From the IMG/VR virus record IMGVR_UViG_3300010398_001198, positions 58,664 to 122,663 of that record: a DNA stretch of 64,000 nucleotides; one strand, 5' to 3'. Source of the DNA: a virus. Below, piece by piece: positions 36,353-46,086 of the stretch. The first letter of the stretch is position 1. The number at the start of each line of letters is the position of its first letter. The translations under genes were made by a program, and so were the position numbers. Under the pieces are notes generated by a model, which saw only the letters and a list, made by a program, of their open reading frames with translations, was not told where the DNA came from and did no database searches.

Positions 36353-38016
36353 CTGGTGTCTTTGAGTGCTACGCCCAGGCGCCACACGTAGTTACTGACG
36401 TGCTTGGCATAGCCCCGCTCATCGAGGCGTTTGCCCATGGCGGTTAAGGTCATGGCGTATTCTCCGGTGGTGGCACACCAGGATTTATAGGCGTCATACA
36501 GTTCGCCGGCCTTGACCCGCGCTTCGTCCAGCCGGATGCAGCATTCCTCGAGAAAGCGGCCCAGGCTGTCCATGTCGCTGCGGTACTCGGCGGTGGCCTG
36601 GTGCACCACGTCCGGTACTCCTAAGCCGGTCTGGCGCCACGCGAGACATCCGCGGACCGCCCAGGCCAGGATGCCCGGCAATTCTGCTTGGAGCTTGGCG
36701 GGCAGATCTTTGTCTTGCTCATGGTCGGGGATCGTCACCGTAAACGGAATCCGGTGCAGCCTGCGCCAGATCGCATGGTCGGCTCCGCGAATGGTTGGTA
36801 AATGATTGCACGCCACCATGAGCTTAAAGGTCGGCTTGAACTCGAAAAACTCCTGATGCAAAAACCGGGCGGTTACCATGTCTTGCCCGGTCAGGCGCTT
36901 GAGCAGCTCCTCATCCAGCCGCTTGCCCTCACCAATTTCGACCGCGGTCACGAGGCGAGCCCCACGCAGCCGGGCGATATCGTTGGGAATGGTATCCTGC
37001 CGTTCCTTCGCGAGCAGCGAGGCAGAGGGCGTCGTCAGGGCATAGCCACCAAAGAGCGCCCGCAGCGTTTCCAGATAGGTGCTCTTGCCATTGGCCCCAC
37101 TGCCATGCAGGACACACATGCACTGTTCGCTGGTGTCGCCCGTCAGGGCATAGCCGACAAAGCGCTGCTGAAATTCGATGAGCGTCTGGGCCTGCTGATC
37201 CGCCTGGTTGCGATTGTCCATCTCCCCAGCGCCCATGGTATCGGGATCGATCGGGCCTTGCGATCCTCCCATAATCCGCCAGAGGAAGTGTTCCCACGTG
37301 GGGCAGGTGGCGAGGGGATCATAGACAATCTCCAGGCATTTCGTGAGCATATCGGTCTGGCAGTGATCCCGCAGTATCCCCGTGCGCAGGTCCAGCGTGC
37401 CATTCGCACAATTGAGCAGCCAGGGATCGATATCGAGAGCCTCGGTGCCCACACTGATCCCCTCCCAGCTCTGGGCCTGCTCGACGGCGGCCTTGAGGCG
37501 GGCGGTACTGAAACTTTTGGTGACATGCCGTTGCAGGGCCTGGATCTGGTCCTCATCCATCCCGGCCTGGGCATACCAGAGGTGTTGCATGGTCTGACGT
37601 TGCCAAAGGATCATGCGGTCTGTCGTATCGGGTTGCCAATGGGTGTCCATCCACGTCAGCCACGTCTTCCAGGGATGGCAGTAGCGCATCTCATGTCCAT
37701 GCAGGCGCACGAGTTGCAGCGCATTATAGGCATCGCTATAGGGATAGTCTTCCTGGTCAAGGGACAGCACCGGATTCCATCGTTGGTGCGCATGGTCGAG
37801 ATACTCTTGCACCAGTTCGGTGGTCTCGGGATGGAGTAAGGCTGCGTCCAGGGCAGCAAAGAGCTCGAACACCTGCGAGATGTTCGAGACCCCAAGGATC
37901 GGCGTGAGCGAGGCAGCCTCAGTCCCTTCATCGCAGGGTGGCGTCTCCTCGGCCCGCACGACCCCATTGCATTCTGCAGGGTTTTCGGGCATACTTTCTT
38001 GCCTTTCCATTTCCAT
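36346..38016 (-). CDS. P4-family phage/plasmid primase-helicase (D5-like SF3)
   Basis: D5_N (LNCANGTLDLRTG), LHGSGANGKST, LRGARLV...E, LKRLTGQD, WRRL..IPF. Confidence 0.92.
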   Translation of the reverse strand: MEMERQESMPENPAECNGVVRAEETPPCDEGTEAASLTPILGVSNISQVFELFAALDAALLHPETTELVQEYLDHAHQRWNPVLSLDQEDYPYSDAYNALQLVRLHGHEMRYCHPWKTWLTWMDTHWQPDTTDRMILWQRQTMQHLWYAQAGMDEDQIQALQRHVTKSFSTARLKAAVEQAQSWEGISVGTEALDIDPWLLNCANGTLDLRTGILRDHCQTDMLTKCLEIVYDPLATCPTWEHFLWRIMGGSQGPIDPDTMGAGEMDNRNQADQQAQTLIEFQQRFVGYALTGDTSEQCMCVLHGSGANGKSTYLETLRALFGGYALTTPSASLLAKERQDTIPNDIARLRGARLVTAVEIGEGKRLDEELLKRLTGQDMVTARFLHQEFFEFKPTFKLMVACNHLPTIRGADHAIWRRLHRIPFTVTIPDHEQDKDLPAKLQAELPGILAWAVRGCLAWRQTGLGVPDVVHQATAEYRSDMDSLGRFLEECCIRLDEARVKAGELYDAYKSWCATTGEYAMTLTAMGKRLDERGYAKHVSNYVWRLGVALKDTSI

Positions 38017-38073
38017 AGTGACGTCGGCCCGACTGAATCGCTCCCCAGCGCAGTCGGGCCTTCGTGTTTCTGG

Positions 38074-38409
38074 TTACGGTCTGCGCTGCTCGCCGCGCCA
38101 GGCCCCGCGTGTCTGCCGCTGGTGGACCATCTGCTGCGCCAGGGTGACGGCTTCCTGCGCGTGCGTGGGCGTCAGGTGTCGCCCTTCCAGCAGTGCGACC
38201 AGGGTATCCACCACCTGATGAAACACCGGATGATGCCGGTAGCGCTCCTCGGGCGTGTCGTCGGAAGTCCGGCGCAGTTCGAACCCCCACCCCTCAGGCC
38301 GAGGCCTGTCCCGTGCTGCCGCCCGCACTTGGTCGAGGAATCGTTGTTCCTCCTGGGTGGGCGTCTGCTCCCACCAGCCGGGCGGAATATTCCCACGTGA
38401 TTCCGTCAT
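38074..38409 (-). CDS. Hypothetical protein
   Basis: 111 aa, RBS AGGAGG. Confidence 0.6.
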   Translation of the reverse strand: MTESRGNIPPGWWEQTPTQEEQRFLDQVRAAARDRPRPEGWGFELRRTSDDTPEERYRHHPVFHQVVDTLVALLEGRHLTPTHAQEAVTLAQQMVHQRQTRGAWRGEQRRP

Positions 38410-38417
38410 CGTTCCTC

Positions 38418-38840
38418 CTACGCATCAAGCTCGTCGTTATCCACCGCGGGCCGCAGCGGCTCCCCACAATCGGGGCAGGGTGGTCCGTCCGCCGCTTCGC
38501 CTGGCAACATCTGACTCATCGCGAACCCAATCTGGCCGTACTTCGCGATAAAATCCCACAAATCCGGCAGCGTGTCGATCCAGACAACGCTGTCCACATC
38601 AAGCTGGTCGATGGTGAGCGCATAGCGCGGCCAGTAGACGTCGGGCTCCTGCCGCCCCCACACGGTAAAGTGCCCCACGTAGCAGCGGCCCACGCCACTG
38701 TGCGCGAGCTGCTTGTAGCCCAGGTCAAAGAGCCACTCCCCCAGATCCTCGTCGTCGGCGATATAGGCCGGGATCTGACCGGGCTGGGGCGCCCGAATCC
38801 AGCCGTCCGTCAGGGTATAGGTGTATTCGTCAATGCTCAT
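38418..38840 (-). CDS. Hypothetical protein, C-terminal CPDC ribbon
   Basis: 140 aa, RBS AAAGGA. Confidence 0.6.
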   Translation of the reverse strand: MSIDEYTYTLTDGWIRAPQPGQIPAYIADDEDLGEWLFDLGYKQLAHSGVGRCYVGHFTVWGRQEPDVYWPRYALTIDQLDVDSVVWIDTLPDLWDFIAKYGQIGFAMSQMLPGEAADGPPCPDCGEPLRPAVDNDELDA

Positions 38841-38861
38841 GCGGTCCTTTCGTGGTTTTCG

Positions 38862-39092
38862 TCAGGCCGAGCAGACCCGCTTATGGTCCGTCCGCCCGGT
38901 CAGGTAATCGAGACTCACGCCTAACACATCAGCAATGCGCACGGCCAGGACCACGCGCGGACTTACCGTACGCCCCGTTTCGATGTACACGATATTGACC
39001 CGAGGCGTCCCCACGGCCCGCGCTAAGGCCCCTTGTGTCAGCCCTGCCTTCTCCCGCGACGCTCGAATCCGGTGTCCCAATACTGCACTCAT
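38862..39092 (-). CDS. XRE-family HTH protein
   Basis: GLTQGALARAVGTPRVNIVYIETG...IADVLGVSLDYLTG. Confidence 0.9.
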   Translation of the reverse strand: MSAVLGHRIRASREKAGLTQGALARAVGTPRVNIVYIETGRTVSPRVVLAVRIADVLGVSLDYLTGRTDHKRVCSA

Positions 39093-39253
39093 ACGCTCCC
39101 TCCTTTCTTCAGGAGTGTAGTGTTTTTTTAACAGGCTGTCAAGCACAATGATGAGGCAGTACTGCGGCGTGTGGTAGCTGCACACCTGTGCATGTGGCAT
39201 CAGGGGGTGATGCCTACCCATCGGGGGGTGGTGGGTAGGCACTCCTGGTGTCG

Positions 39254-39436
39254 CTAGCGGGCCGGATGCTCCGCCGCCCAGCGGGCTTCATCGGCCTCCG
39301 CCTGCCACTCCGCCTCACGGTCGGCCTGCCAGCGGGCCTCATCGGCAAGGTCTTCCGCCTTCAGCGCCCTCATCTCGGCGAGGTCCTCAGCGGTCATGGG
39401 CACGGCGGTCCACTCGGTCGTCTCTGGGGTCTGCAT
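39254..39436 (-). CDS. Small acidic hypothetical protein
   Basis: 60 aa, RBS AAGGAG. Confidence 0.5.
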   Translation of the reverse strand: MQTPETTEWTAVPMTAEDLAEMRALKAEDLADEARWQADREAEWQAEADEARWAAEHPAR

Positions 39437-39531
39437 AGGTCGTCTCCTTCTTGCGTTGTCGGTTTCGCCCCGGCTGGTGCATCCAGCCTCGGTGGTTCCA
39501 CCCTCGCCCAGCCCTTCGCGGACTGCGCGGC

Positions 39532-39548
39532 GCACGCTATCCGACAGG
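39532..39548 (-). repeat. Degenerate copy of the CCTGTCGGCAGCGTGC motif
   Basis: Minus strand CCTGTCGGATAGCGTGC, abutting element E4. Confidence 0.5.
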
Positions 39549-39549
39549 C

Positions 39550-39654
39550 AGTTTTAAGTGTCAAGGGTTAAGGGTTAAGTTCAGAGGACGGTGCAGGGTC
39601 GCCCCCGCCTCCGAACGTTCCCCCCTTAACACTTAAAACTTGAAACTTAAATCT
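39550..39654. repeat. Heptamer-armed inverted element, copy E4
   Basis: AGTTTTAAG...(AGGGTTA)2 ... CTTAACA-CTTAAAA-CTTGAAA-CTTAAATCT; supplies the stop of 39647..39922. Confidence 0.8.
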
Positions 39655-39922
39655 CACTTTGACAAAACCGGCACTTCTTTGCTTCCACCCGGATGGGCTC
39701 GGCGCACAGGGGGCAGATGCGAAAGGCCCCGACGGCAGCGCCCATCCGGCGAGCGGCCCGCTGGTCGAGGGTCTCCCGCGAGGGGAGTACCGCCACGACC
39801 AGCACGGCGAACAGGCCAAAGACAAAGCCGGCCACGGCCCAGCCACCGGCGCTGCGGCCCTTGGCAGTGGCGATAGTCGGCGCGACGATGGCGCCCGCAA
39901 TAGCAAACAGCAACCATTCCAT
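39647..39922 (-). CDS. Membrane protein with C-terminal zinc ribbon
   Basis: KGRS..GW...G...G.FA; CPLCAEPI...AKKCRFC. Confidence 0.75.
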   Translation of the reverse strand: MEWLLFAIAGAIVAPTIATAKGRSAGGWAVAGFVFGLFAVLVVAVLPSRETLDQRAARRMGAAVGAFRICPLCAEPIRVEAKKCRFCQSEI

Positions 39923-39986
39923 AGCAACACTCCTTTTCGTGTGACATTGCGTGTGACAGGCCCGGCATGTGCCGGGCCCTAGGGAC

Positions 39987-42900
39987 TTAATCCGCCGCCG
40001 CCAGGTCCTCCTGGGCTTGCTGCTGGCGGGTAATCGTGGTGACAATCGCCTCCGCCACCGACACGCGGGCCGTCGTCTCCCGCAAGGCACTCTCGGCGTG
40101 GTGCTGCTGCGTGGCCCGCAGGTCGGCAATCTGCTGCACGAGTTCGGGCTGCTGGCCCACGTCGCCGCCCTCGGCCATGGTGTCTTCGAGGGCATCGCGC
40201 AGCCAGGTGAGGTCTTTGAGGTAGGCTTTGAGCGTAAAGGGCAGGGCGGTCTGCGCCTCGGCGTTACGCCCTTCTTGCTCGACCTGGGCCAGGAGGTGCT
40301 GGGCCTGCGCCACCCGTACCGGGACATCCGCTTCGAGGTCGCGCAGGGCGGACAGGACGCCGGCGCCGGGATGCGTGCGCCGTCCTAAGGCCACGCGGCG
40401 GGTGGCCTGGCCTTCGAGCCAGACTTCCGCGCCGAACAGGCCACTCACGGCGAGCCCGAAGCGCAGGCCCTTGTACGTGCCGAGGGCCACGGTCGTACTC
40501 ACTTTGAGGCCCAGGTACGGCTCGACGTAGGGATCGAGCAGGCGCCGGGCCTCGGCGGGGGTGAGGGGAAAGACGGCGCTCGGGGCGTACTGGCCGTCGA
40601 GCGTGAGCACCCCGGCGTGCTGCCAGCGTGCCAGCGCGGCCAGGTCGGCCTGGAGCTGGTGCAGGTAGCGCGTCTGGCGGGCCACGTCGTCCGGCAGGCT
40701 TTTCAGCCGCCGCCGGGCCTGAAACACCTGATCCTTATGATGGTTGGCGAGGATCGTTACCCGGCGCACCTCGGCGCTCGTCTCGGCCAGGACGCGCATA
40801 GCGGGATGGCCGGACACGAGCGCTTTGAGTTGGGCATAGGTCAGTTCCTCTTCGCCCACATCTGCCGCCGTGCGGGCGGTGACGGCGCCGGAGAGAAACT
40901 GGTGCAGGAAATGGGCCTTGCCCTCGAGCGCCTGCCACACCACGGCTTCCACGGACCCTTCGGTGCCGTAGACATAGATATACACGGGCTTCCCCCAGTC
41001 GCGGTGCAGATTGCCCTGGCGCAGCATGCGGCCATGGCGCTGTTCGATATCACTGGGCCGATATGGGACATCGACGTGATGGATGGCCACCAGCCGTTCC
41101 TGCACGTTGACACCGGTGCCCAACTTCTCCGTCGAGCCCAGGAGCACGCGGACTTCGCCGTGCTGCACCTGCGTACAGAGACGCAGGCGGGCCTGATCGG
41201 TTTTCGCCTGATCGATGCGGGCAATCTGGTGGCGGGGTTTCCCCCGTGCGACGAGCCCCTCGATCACCTGATCGTAGAAACAAAAGCCCCAGGCGGTCGG
41301 TTTCACGCCGATGTCGCAGAAGATGAGCTGCGTCGCCCGGTCGGCCTCGCCATCGTCCCAGTGCTGCACCACCCGGTCACACAGGGCATGGAGCTTGGAC
41401 TCGGGCCAGTCGTCCGCCGTGGGCTCCAACAGGCGAGCATCGACCGCCATCTTCTTGCCGTCGCCGAGGATGGTGACGGGTTCGCCACTGTGGCGCCCCG
41501 CCTGGCCGCTCCGCACGCGCTCGTAGCGCGCGACGAGGTCTTCTTGCATCCGGCGCTGCGTGGGCGACATCGGACACAGGACGGGCTGCGCCGCCCCGCC
41601 GGCGAGCGGTGGGACAGGCAGGTGCAGCTGCTCGGCGGTCTTATACGCCAGGAATTGCCCGAGCATCTGCTGCAAGTCGGGCAGGTTGGTAAAGTTGGCG
41701 AAGCGCGAGCGCGGACGGAGCGTCTGGCCATCGGGGCCGAACTCCATTTTCGTCACGACTTCGCCAAACGTCGCCGCCCAGGCATCGAAGTGCCCAATCC
41801 CGCTCTCCTCCAAGGCGTCGGGGGTGAGCATCTTCTGGATGGAGTAGAGTTCGCCCATGGTGTTGGTCACGGGGGTCGCACTGGCGAAGGTACAGCCGTG
41901 GCCGGGACGCTGGGCGTGGAGGTATTGGGTTTTCAGGTAGAGGTCGAAGGCGCGCCCCGAGCCCTCACTGGTGACCCCCGCCACGTACTTCATTTTCGTG
42001 GGGGTCTCCAAGTTCTTCGCAAAGTGCGCTTCATCGACGACGAGGTAATCAATGCCCAGCTCATCGAACACCAGCCCGTCATCTTTCGGGATGGCGTGGA
42101 GCAAGTCGTGCAGGCGGGCCTGATACACACTCTTCTGCCGCTCTAAGGCCTTCCTGATGTTATGCTGGTCGCGCCCATGCTCGCGCTCATGGTCGACGAG
42201 CAGGGCGGTAAACTCCGCGATGAGGGTGTCCAGGGCCTGGCGCTGCACGCCAACCGACAGTGCCAGATGCCCAAAGGCGGTGTGCGTGGTGATGATGCCA
42301 TCCCACAGCCCACTGCTCATCTTGGCCGCCATGAGCTTGCGGCGCTCTTTGGTAAAGTCCTCGGCCCCGGCAATGAGATAGCGGGCCGTGGGATACAGCT
42401 TCACGGCCATGCGCCCGACTTGTTCGAGCGTGCTGTTTTTGACGACAAACAGGGGCTTGCGAATGAGCCCCGCCTGTTTCATCTTCATACATCCGGCCAG
42501 GTAGGTATAGGTCTTGCCGCCGCCGACGGCATGCCCCAGGTAGGTATTGCCCATCGTGAGCATCTGCCAGACGCCGGCCTTCTGATCCGTGGTGAGGGTA
42601 ATGAGCGGGGTCATGCCCGGAAAGGTGAGATGGTCGCCGTTCACCTCTCTGGCCCGGTGCGTGTTCCGCAGGGCATTATAGAGCCCCACGCAGCGCTCAC
42701 TGCGGGTGCCGTCTGCCCACAGCCACTGCTTAAAGTGCGCCTTGAGGGCGGCCTGTTTCTCCTGCGCCACCAGGGTTTCTGCCTGATTGATCACCTGATG
42801 CTCGGTGCCATCGGGCCAGGTGATGGTATCGTGCACGACGGGCGCTTGCAGGTTGAGGGCCTGCTGCAGCAGGGTGATGCCGGAGACCCGCTGCGAGCCG

Positions 42901-44951
42901 TAGGTGACCCGCGCCTGGTCGCTGGCGTGGACGCTTTGCGGGGCTTCCACGCCCCAGGTGGCGAGGGCGCGCTGGTGCGTGACGCGCAGCATGGAGCGAT
43001 ACTGGGGCTGAAAGGTCGCGCAGGCAAAGTCGGTGATGAGATCGACGGGTATCCAGGGGGCGCCGAGATTGGCGTCAATCTCGGACGGCAGCAGATCGGG
43101 CGGCTGCACGGCCTCCAGGGCGTCCACGTTGCGCTGATAGGCCGGGTCCTGGTGTGCGAACACCCGCGCTTGCTCCAGCTTGCGCTTGACGTGCCCACTG
43201 AGGTAGACATCGGCGGTTTCCCACGTCTGGCTGGCGGGATCGTGGTAGAGCAGGTCGCCCAGTTCGTCGACGACCACCTCGACGGGCTGGCCATAGAGAT
43301 CGGCGATGGCGCTGACGTCCACCTGCCCGGTCTGATTGAGGACGACCAGGAGCCCCTCGGCGGCACTGTCCACGGCGGTAATGGGCTCCTCGCTGCCGAC
43401 CACATCCTGCGTGAGAATGGCCTCAGCGCGCGCCTCGCCCGTGCTCTCGTTGTAGTCTTCCAGCGCCATGACGAGGGTCACATCGGGATCGTCCTGAAAG
43501 CCGAGCAGGTTGGGCAGACGGCGTACCGTCGTGCCATCAGCCCGCGTCGAGACGCTGACGGTATTGATCGGGCCGTAGGCGGCGACAAAGGCGAGATAGG
43601 TCTGTTGCAGCGTGCGGCGGGCCGCCTGGCGCTGGGCTTGCGGGGCGCCGGCGCGCTGGAGCTGCACGGCCTGGGCGCGCTGATCGCGCAGGCGGATCAA
43701 GTGGGCGACGCGTGTCCCGAGCGTGCCCGTGAGGCGGATGGGGGCACCGGCGCGGAGCACCGGGCTCACCTGGCCCTCCTGCACCTGGCAGATACGGTCG
43801 CCCTCCACCAGGAGCGAGCCTTCGGCCAGGGTGGTGGTCGGCAGGGGGGGGAGGGGGCGCGGCGTGCGCCCCCCAGGCTGGACGGCGTAGACGCCCTTGG
43901 GGAGGCGCGTCAGGGCTTTGGCGAGCTGCTCGGCGAGCACCCCCGTACTGGTGACACTGTAGCCGTCCGTGCTGCCATAGAGGCGCTCCTGGCGGCTGAC
44001 CGTGCCCAGGATCATGGCCGCGTCATGTCCGTCAAAGTAGCGATTGAGGGTGAGAGGCGTCGCGTCCTCGGTCTCGCCGAGCAGGCGGGTCTGATACGTA
44101 CCCAGCCAGGGCTTGTCGCCGTGGGGCGCGGTGAGCGGGGCTTCGCGCTTCAGGAAGAAGATCAGATCGGCCACGACCCGTGTGCCCTCGACGACAAAGG
44201 CGTCACTGGGCAAGCGGATGGCGCCTAGGAAGGCGGCGCGCTCATCGAGCGCCCGGCGAAAATGGTCCTGCTGGCGATCCAGCAGGTAATGGGTGACGAC
44301 GAGGGCCAGCACGCCCCCCGGCCTGAGCGCATCGATACTCTTGGCGATGCATAGCTCATGCAGGGAGAGCTTGCGGCCCCAGTAGGCCGTCTTTTCCTGC
44401 GAAAAGGGGACATTGCCCACCACGGCATCGACACTCTCGGCGTCGAGGTGACTCTGCTGGATGGGTTCCACCCGAATATCATGGCGTGGATAGAGCTGGC
44501 GGCAGATACGCCCGGAAAGGTTGTCCTGTTCGATACCGATGAAGGACATGGTGGCGGGCGCAACTCCGCAGAAGCGACCTATGCCGCAGCCCGGTTCGAG
44601 GACCGTGGCGTCGTCGGGCACACCGCAGTGCTTGAGGCCCAGGAAGAGGGCACGCATGAGGAGGCGGGGCGTGTAGAAGGCCGTGTAGGTGCTGCGGGCC
44701 GCACTCGCATAGTCCTCGGGCGTCAGCGTGGTCTGGAGCTGCGTCCCCAGGGCTTCCCACCCGGCGTCTTTGTACTGACCGGTGAGGGCATGGGGGAACA
44801 GGTCAAGCGCCAGCACCCCAAAGCCGGGAAAGGCGGCAAGGGTCTGACGCTCGACCGGCGTGGGGGCCGCACGGCGGGCCTCCAGGTCGTACAGGGTCGT
44901 GACGGCGTCCAGGGCCGCTTGGGCCTGGACCTTCAGGGGAATTGGTGGCAT
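39987..44951 (-). CDS. DarB-like DNA methylase + SNF2-type helicase fusion (1654 aa)
   Basis: LEPGCGIGRF and VGNVPF methylase motifs; HAVGGGKT, VVDEAH, ATPVTNTMGE, GTGVNVQERL, QRHGRMLRQGN helicase motifs. Confidence 0.9.
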   Translation of the reverse strand: MPPIPLKVQAQAALDAVTTLYDLEARRAAPTPVERQTLAAFPGFGVLALDLFPHALTGQYKDAGWEALGTQLQTTLTPEDYASAARSTYTAFYTPRLLMRALFLGLKHCGVPDDATVLEPGCGIGRFCGVAPATMSFIGIEQDNLSGRICRQLYPRHDIRVEPIQQSHLDAESVDAVVGNVPFSQEKTAYWGRKLSLHELCIAKSIDALRPGGVLALVVTHYLLDRQQDHFRRALDERAAFLGAIRLPSDAFVVEGTRVVADLIFFLKREAPLTAPHGDKPWLGTYQTRLLGETEDATPLTLNRYFDGHDAAMILGTVSRQERLYGSTDGYSVTSTGVLAEQLAKALTRLPKGVYAVQPGGRTPRPLPPLPTTTLAEGSLLVEGDRICQVQEGQVSPVLRAGAPIRLTGTLGTRVAHLIRLRDQRAQAVQLQRAGAPQAQRQAARRTLQQTYLAFVAAYGPINTVSVSTRADGTTVRRLPNLLGFQDDPDVTLVMALEDYNESTGEARAEAILTQDVVGSEEPITAVDSAAEGLLVVLNQTGQVDVSAIADLYGQPVEVVVDELGDLLYHDPASQTWETADVYLSGHVKRKLEQARVFAHQDPAYQRNVDALEAVQPPDLLPSEIDANLGAPWIPVDLITDFACATFQPQYRSMLRVTHQRALATWGVEAPQSVHASDQARVTYGSQRVSGITLLQQALNLQAPVVHDTITWPDGTEHQVINQAETLVAQEKQAALKAHFKQWLWADGTRSERCVGLYNALRNTHRAREVNGDHLTFPGMTPLITLTTDQKAGVWQMLTMGNTYLGHAVGGGKTYTYLAGCMKMKQAGLIRKPLFVVKNSTLEQVGRMAVKLYPTARYLIAGAEDFTKERRKLMAAKMSSGLWDGIITTHTAFGHLALSVGVQRQALDTLIAEFTALLVDHEREHGRDQHNIRKALERQKSVYQARLHDLLHAIPKDDGLVFDELGIDYLVVDEAHFAKNLETPTKMKYVAGVTSEGSGRAFDLYLKTQYLHAQRPGHGCTFASATPVTNTMGELYSIQKMLTPDALEESGIGHFDAWAATFGEVVTKMEFGPDGQTLRPRSRFANFTNLPDLQQMLGQFLAYKTAEQLHLPVPPLAGGAAQPVLCPMSPTQRRMQEDLVARYERVRSGQAGRHSGEPVTILGDGKKMAVDARLLEPTADDWPESKLHALCDRVVQHWDDGEADRATQLIFCDIGVKPTAWGFCFYDQVIEGLVARGKPRHQIARIDQAKTDQARLRLCTQVQHGEVRVLLGSTEKLGTGVNVQERLVAIHHVDVPYRPSDIEQRHGRMLRQGNLHRDWGKPVYIYVYGTEGSVEAVVWQALEGKAHFLHQFLSGAVTARTAADVGEEELTYAQLKALVSGHPAMRVLAETSAEVRRVTILANHHKDQVFQARRRLKSLPDDVARQTRYLHQLQADLAALARWQHAGVLTLDGQYAPSAVFPLTPAEARRLLDPYVEPYLGLKVSTTVALGTYKGLRFGLAVSGLFGAEVWLEGQATRRVALGRRTHPGAGVLSALRDLEADVPVRVAQAQHLLAQVEQEGRNAEAQTALPFTLKAYLKDLTWLRDALEDTMAEGGDVGQQPELVQQIADLRATQQHHAESALRETTARVSVAEAIVTTITRQQQAQEDLAAAD

Positions 44952-45044
44952 AGTGCTGCTACCTCCGTGAGTAAATGCGCAACATGAGGGCACGGGGGAA
45001 GGCCGGGTGGATGTAACGAGCACCCACCCGGCTGGTGTGTCCGG

Positions 45045-45353
45045 TTAGAGATGCGTGGTGAGGCCCGTCACGCGGGTAAAGCAGGCTTGCAGGTCTTCCG
45101 CGTAGATGTCCTCACAGGACTCGATGACCTGGGGTCCGCTCCGCGTCGCCCGCAGATAGTCCACCGTATAAGTGTCCATCGGCGTCAGGGTAATACGGCA
45201 CCCGTTGATCCCGCCTTTCACAAAGCCTGCCTTTCCGGGCAGGGCAAAACTCAGGCTGTCGGCACTCCCGACCAGGTGCTTCGCCCCGGTCATGGCGAGA
45301 AAGCGCCGCCCGCCCAACTGTTCGAGAATCGTTGTGGCGACGGTCATATCCAT
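45045..45353 (-). CDS. Conserved phage/plasmid hypothetical protein
   Basis: TILEQLGG.RF.AMTGAK...ITL...DTY.V motif; RBS AAAGGAG. Confidence 0.7.
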   Translation of the reverse strand: MDMTVATTILEQLGGRRFLAMTGAKHLVGSADSLSFALPGKAGFVKGGINGCRITLTPMDTYTVDYLRATRSGPQVIESCEDIYAEDLQACFTRVTGLTTHL

Positions 45354-45364
45354 CCGTGTCTCCT

Positions 45365-45973
45365 TTACTGGACGATGACTTCGGCACCCCGCAGGAGGTG
45401 CGGAAAGTCGGTGATGAGGGCCTCGGCAGTAGCGATATCGGGCACGACAAAGGCGCGCTGGATGTTCTCTGTCCAAAAGGTATAGGACGCGAGCACGCTC
45501 ACATACGCCTGCCCCCCGCAGCGGATCAGATACCCCATCCCGGTCACTGGCGTCCCAGCCATGGCCCGCAACCGATGCAGACACATGGCCCGTTCATGAC
45601 TGAGGACGGCTTGCTGCCGGAGCATGGCGAGGATGGTGCGTTCGCGTGCGTGGGTAAGCCCCTCGCCATAGTACCGCTCAAACGCTTCGACATCGGCGAG
45701 CGACGGATACGCCTGGAGGCTGTCCCACTGGACGTGCCCCACGTCATCGAGAAACATGACGCCCAGCGTGGCGTAGGTGGACGCCTTGGGCTTGTTCCAC
45801 ACCAGCCCTGGCCGCTTGGGGTTGCTCGTCTGCGTGACGAAGCGGTAGCCATGCCGCGGGTGACACTCCAGCCAGGCCCGCCGCTGGCAGCGTAGGCGAA
45901 AGCCATAGGGGTAGTCGGCGGTGACATGGGCAGTCTCGGGAGAGACATGCCCGGAGAGGAGGGTGGTTGCCAT
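45365..45973 (-). CDS. Conserved phage hypothetical protein
   Basis: DYPYGFRLRC.RR.W.E...G.RFV.QT.NPK...WNKPK.STY. Confidence 0.7.
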   Translation of the reverse strand: MATTLLSGHVSPETAHVTADYPYGFRLRCQRRAWLECHPRHGYRFVTQTSNPKRPGLVWNKPKASTYATLGVMFLDDVGHVQWDSLQAYPSLADVEAFERYYGEGLTHARERTILAMLRQQAVLSHERAMCLHRLRAMAGTPVTGMGYLIRCGGQAYVSVLASYTFWTENIQRAFVVPDIATAEALITDFPHLLRGAEVIVQ

Positions 45974-46066
45974 AGCTGTGTCCTTTCTGTGTCTGTCGGT
46001 GACGCCCCGATGCGGGACACCCGCATCTCGGTGATTCACCCTCCCCTGGGGCTCGTCCCAGGGGGC

Positions 46067-46082
46067 GCACGCTGCCGACAGG
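46067..46082 (-). repeat. CCTGTCGGCAGCGTGC intergenic motif, copy 1
   Basis: Follows stop of 46087..46287; followed by GC hairpin and GGGTG. Confidence 0.75.
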
Positions 46083-46086
46083 GGCG

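Noticed and set aside
40617-44228. Plus-strand 509- and 688-aa ORFs (and 27017..27934, 36802..37839, 47850..48947)
   Set aside because: Antisense shadows of the methylase-helicase, resolvase, primase and vWA genes.
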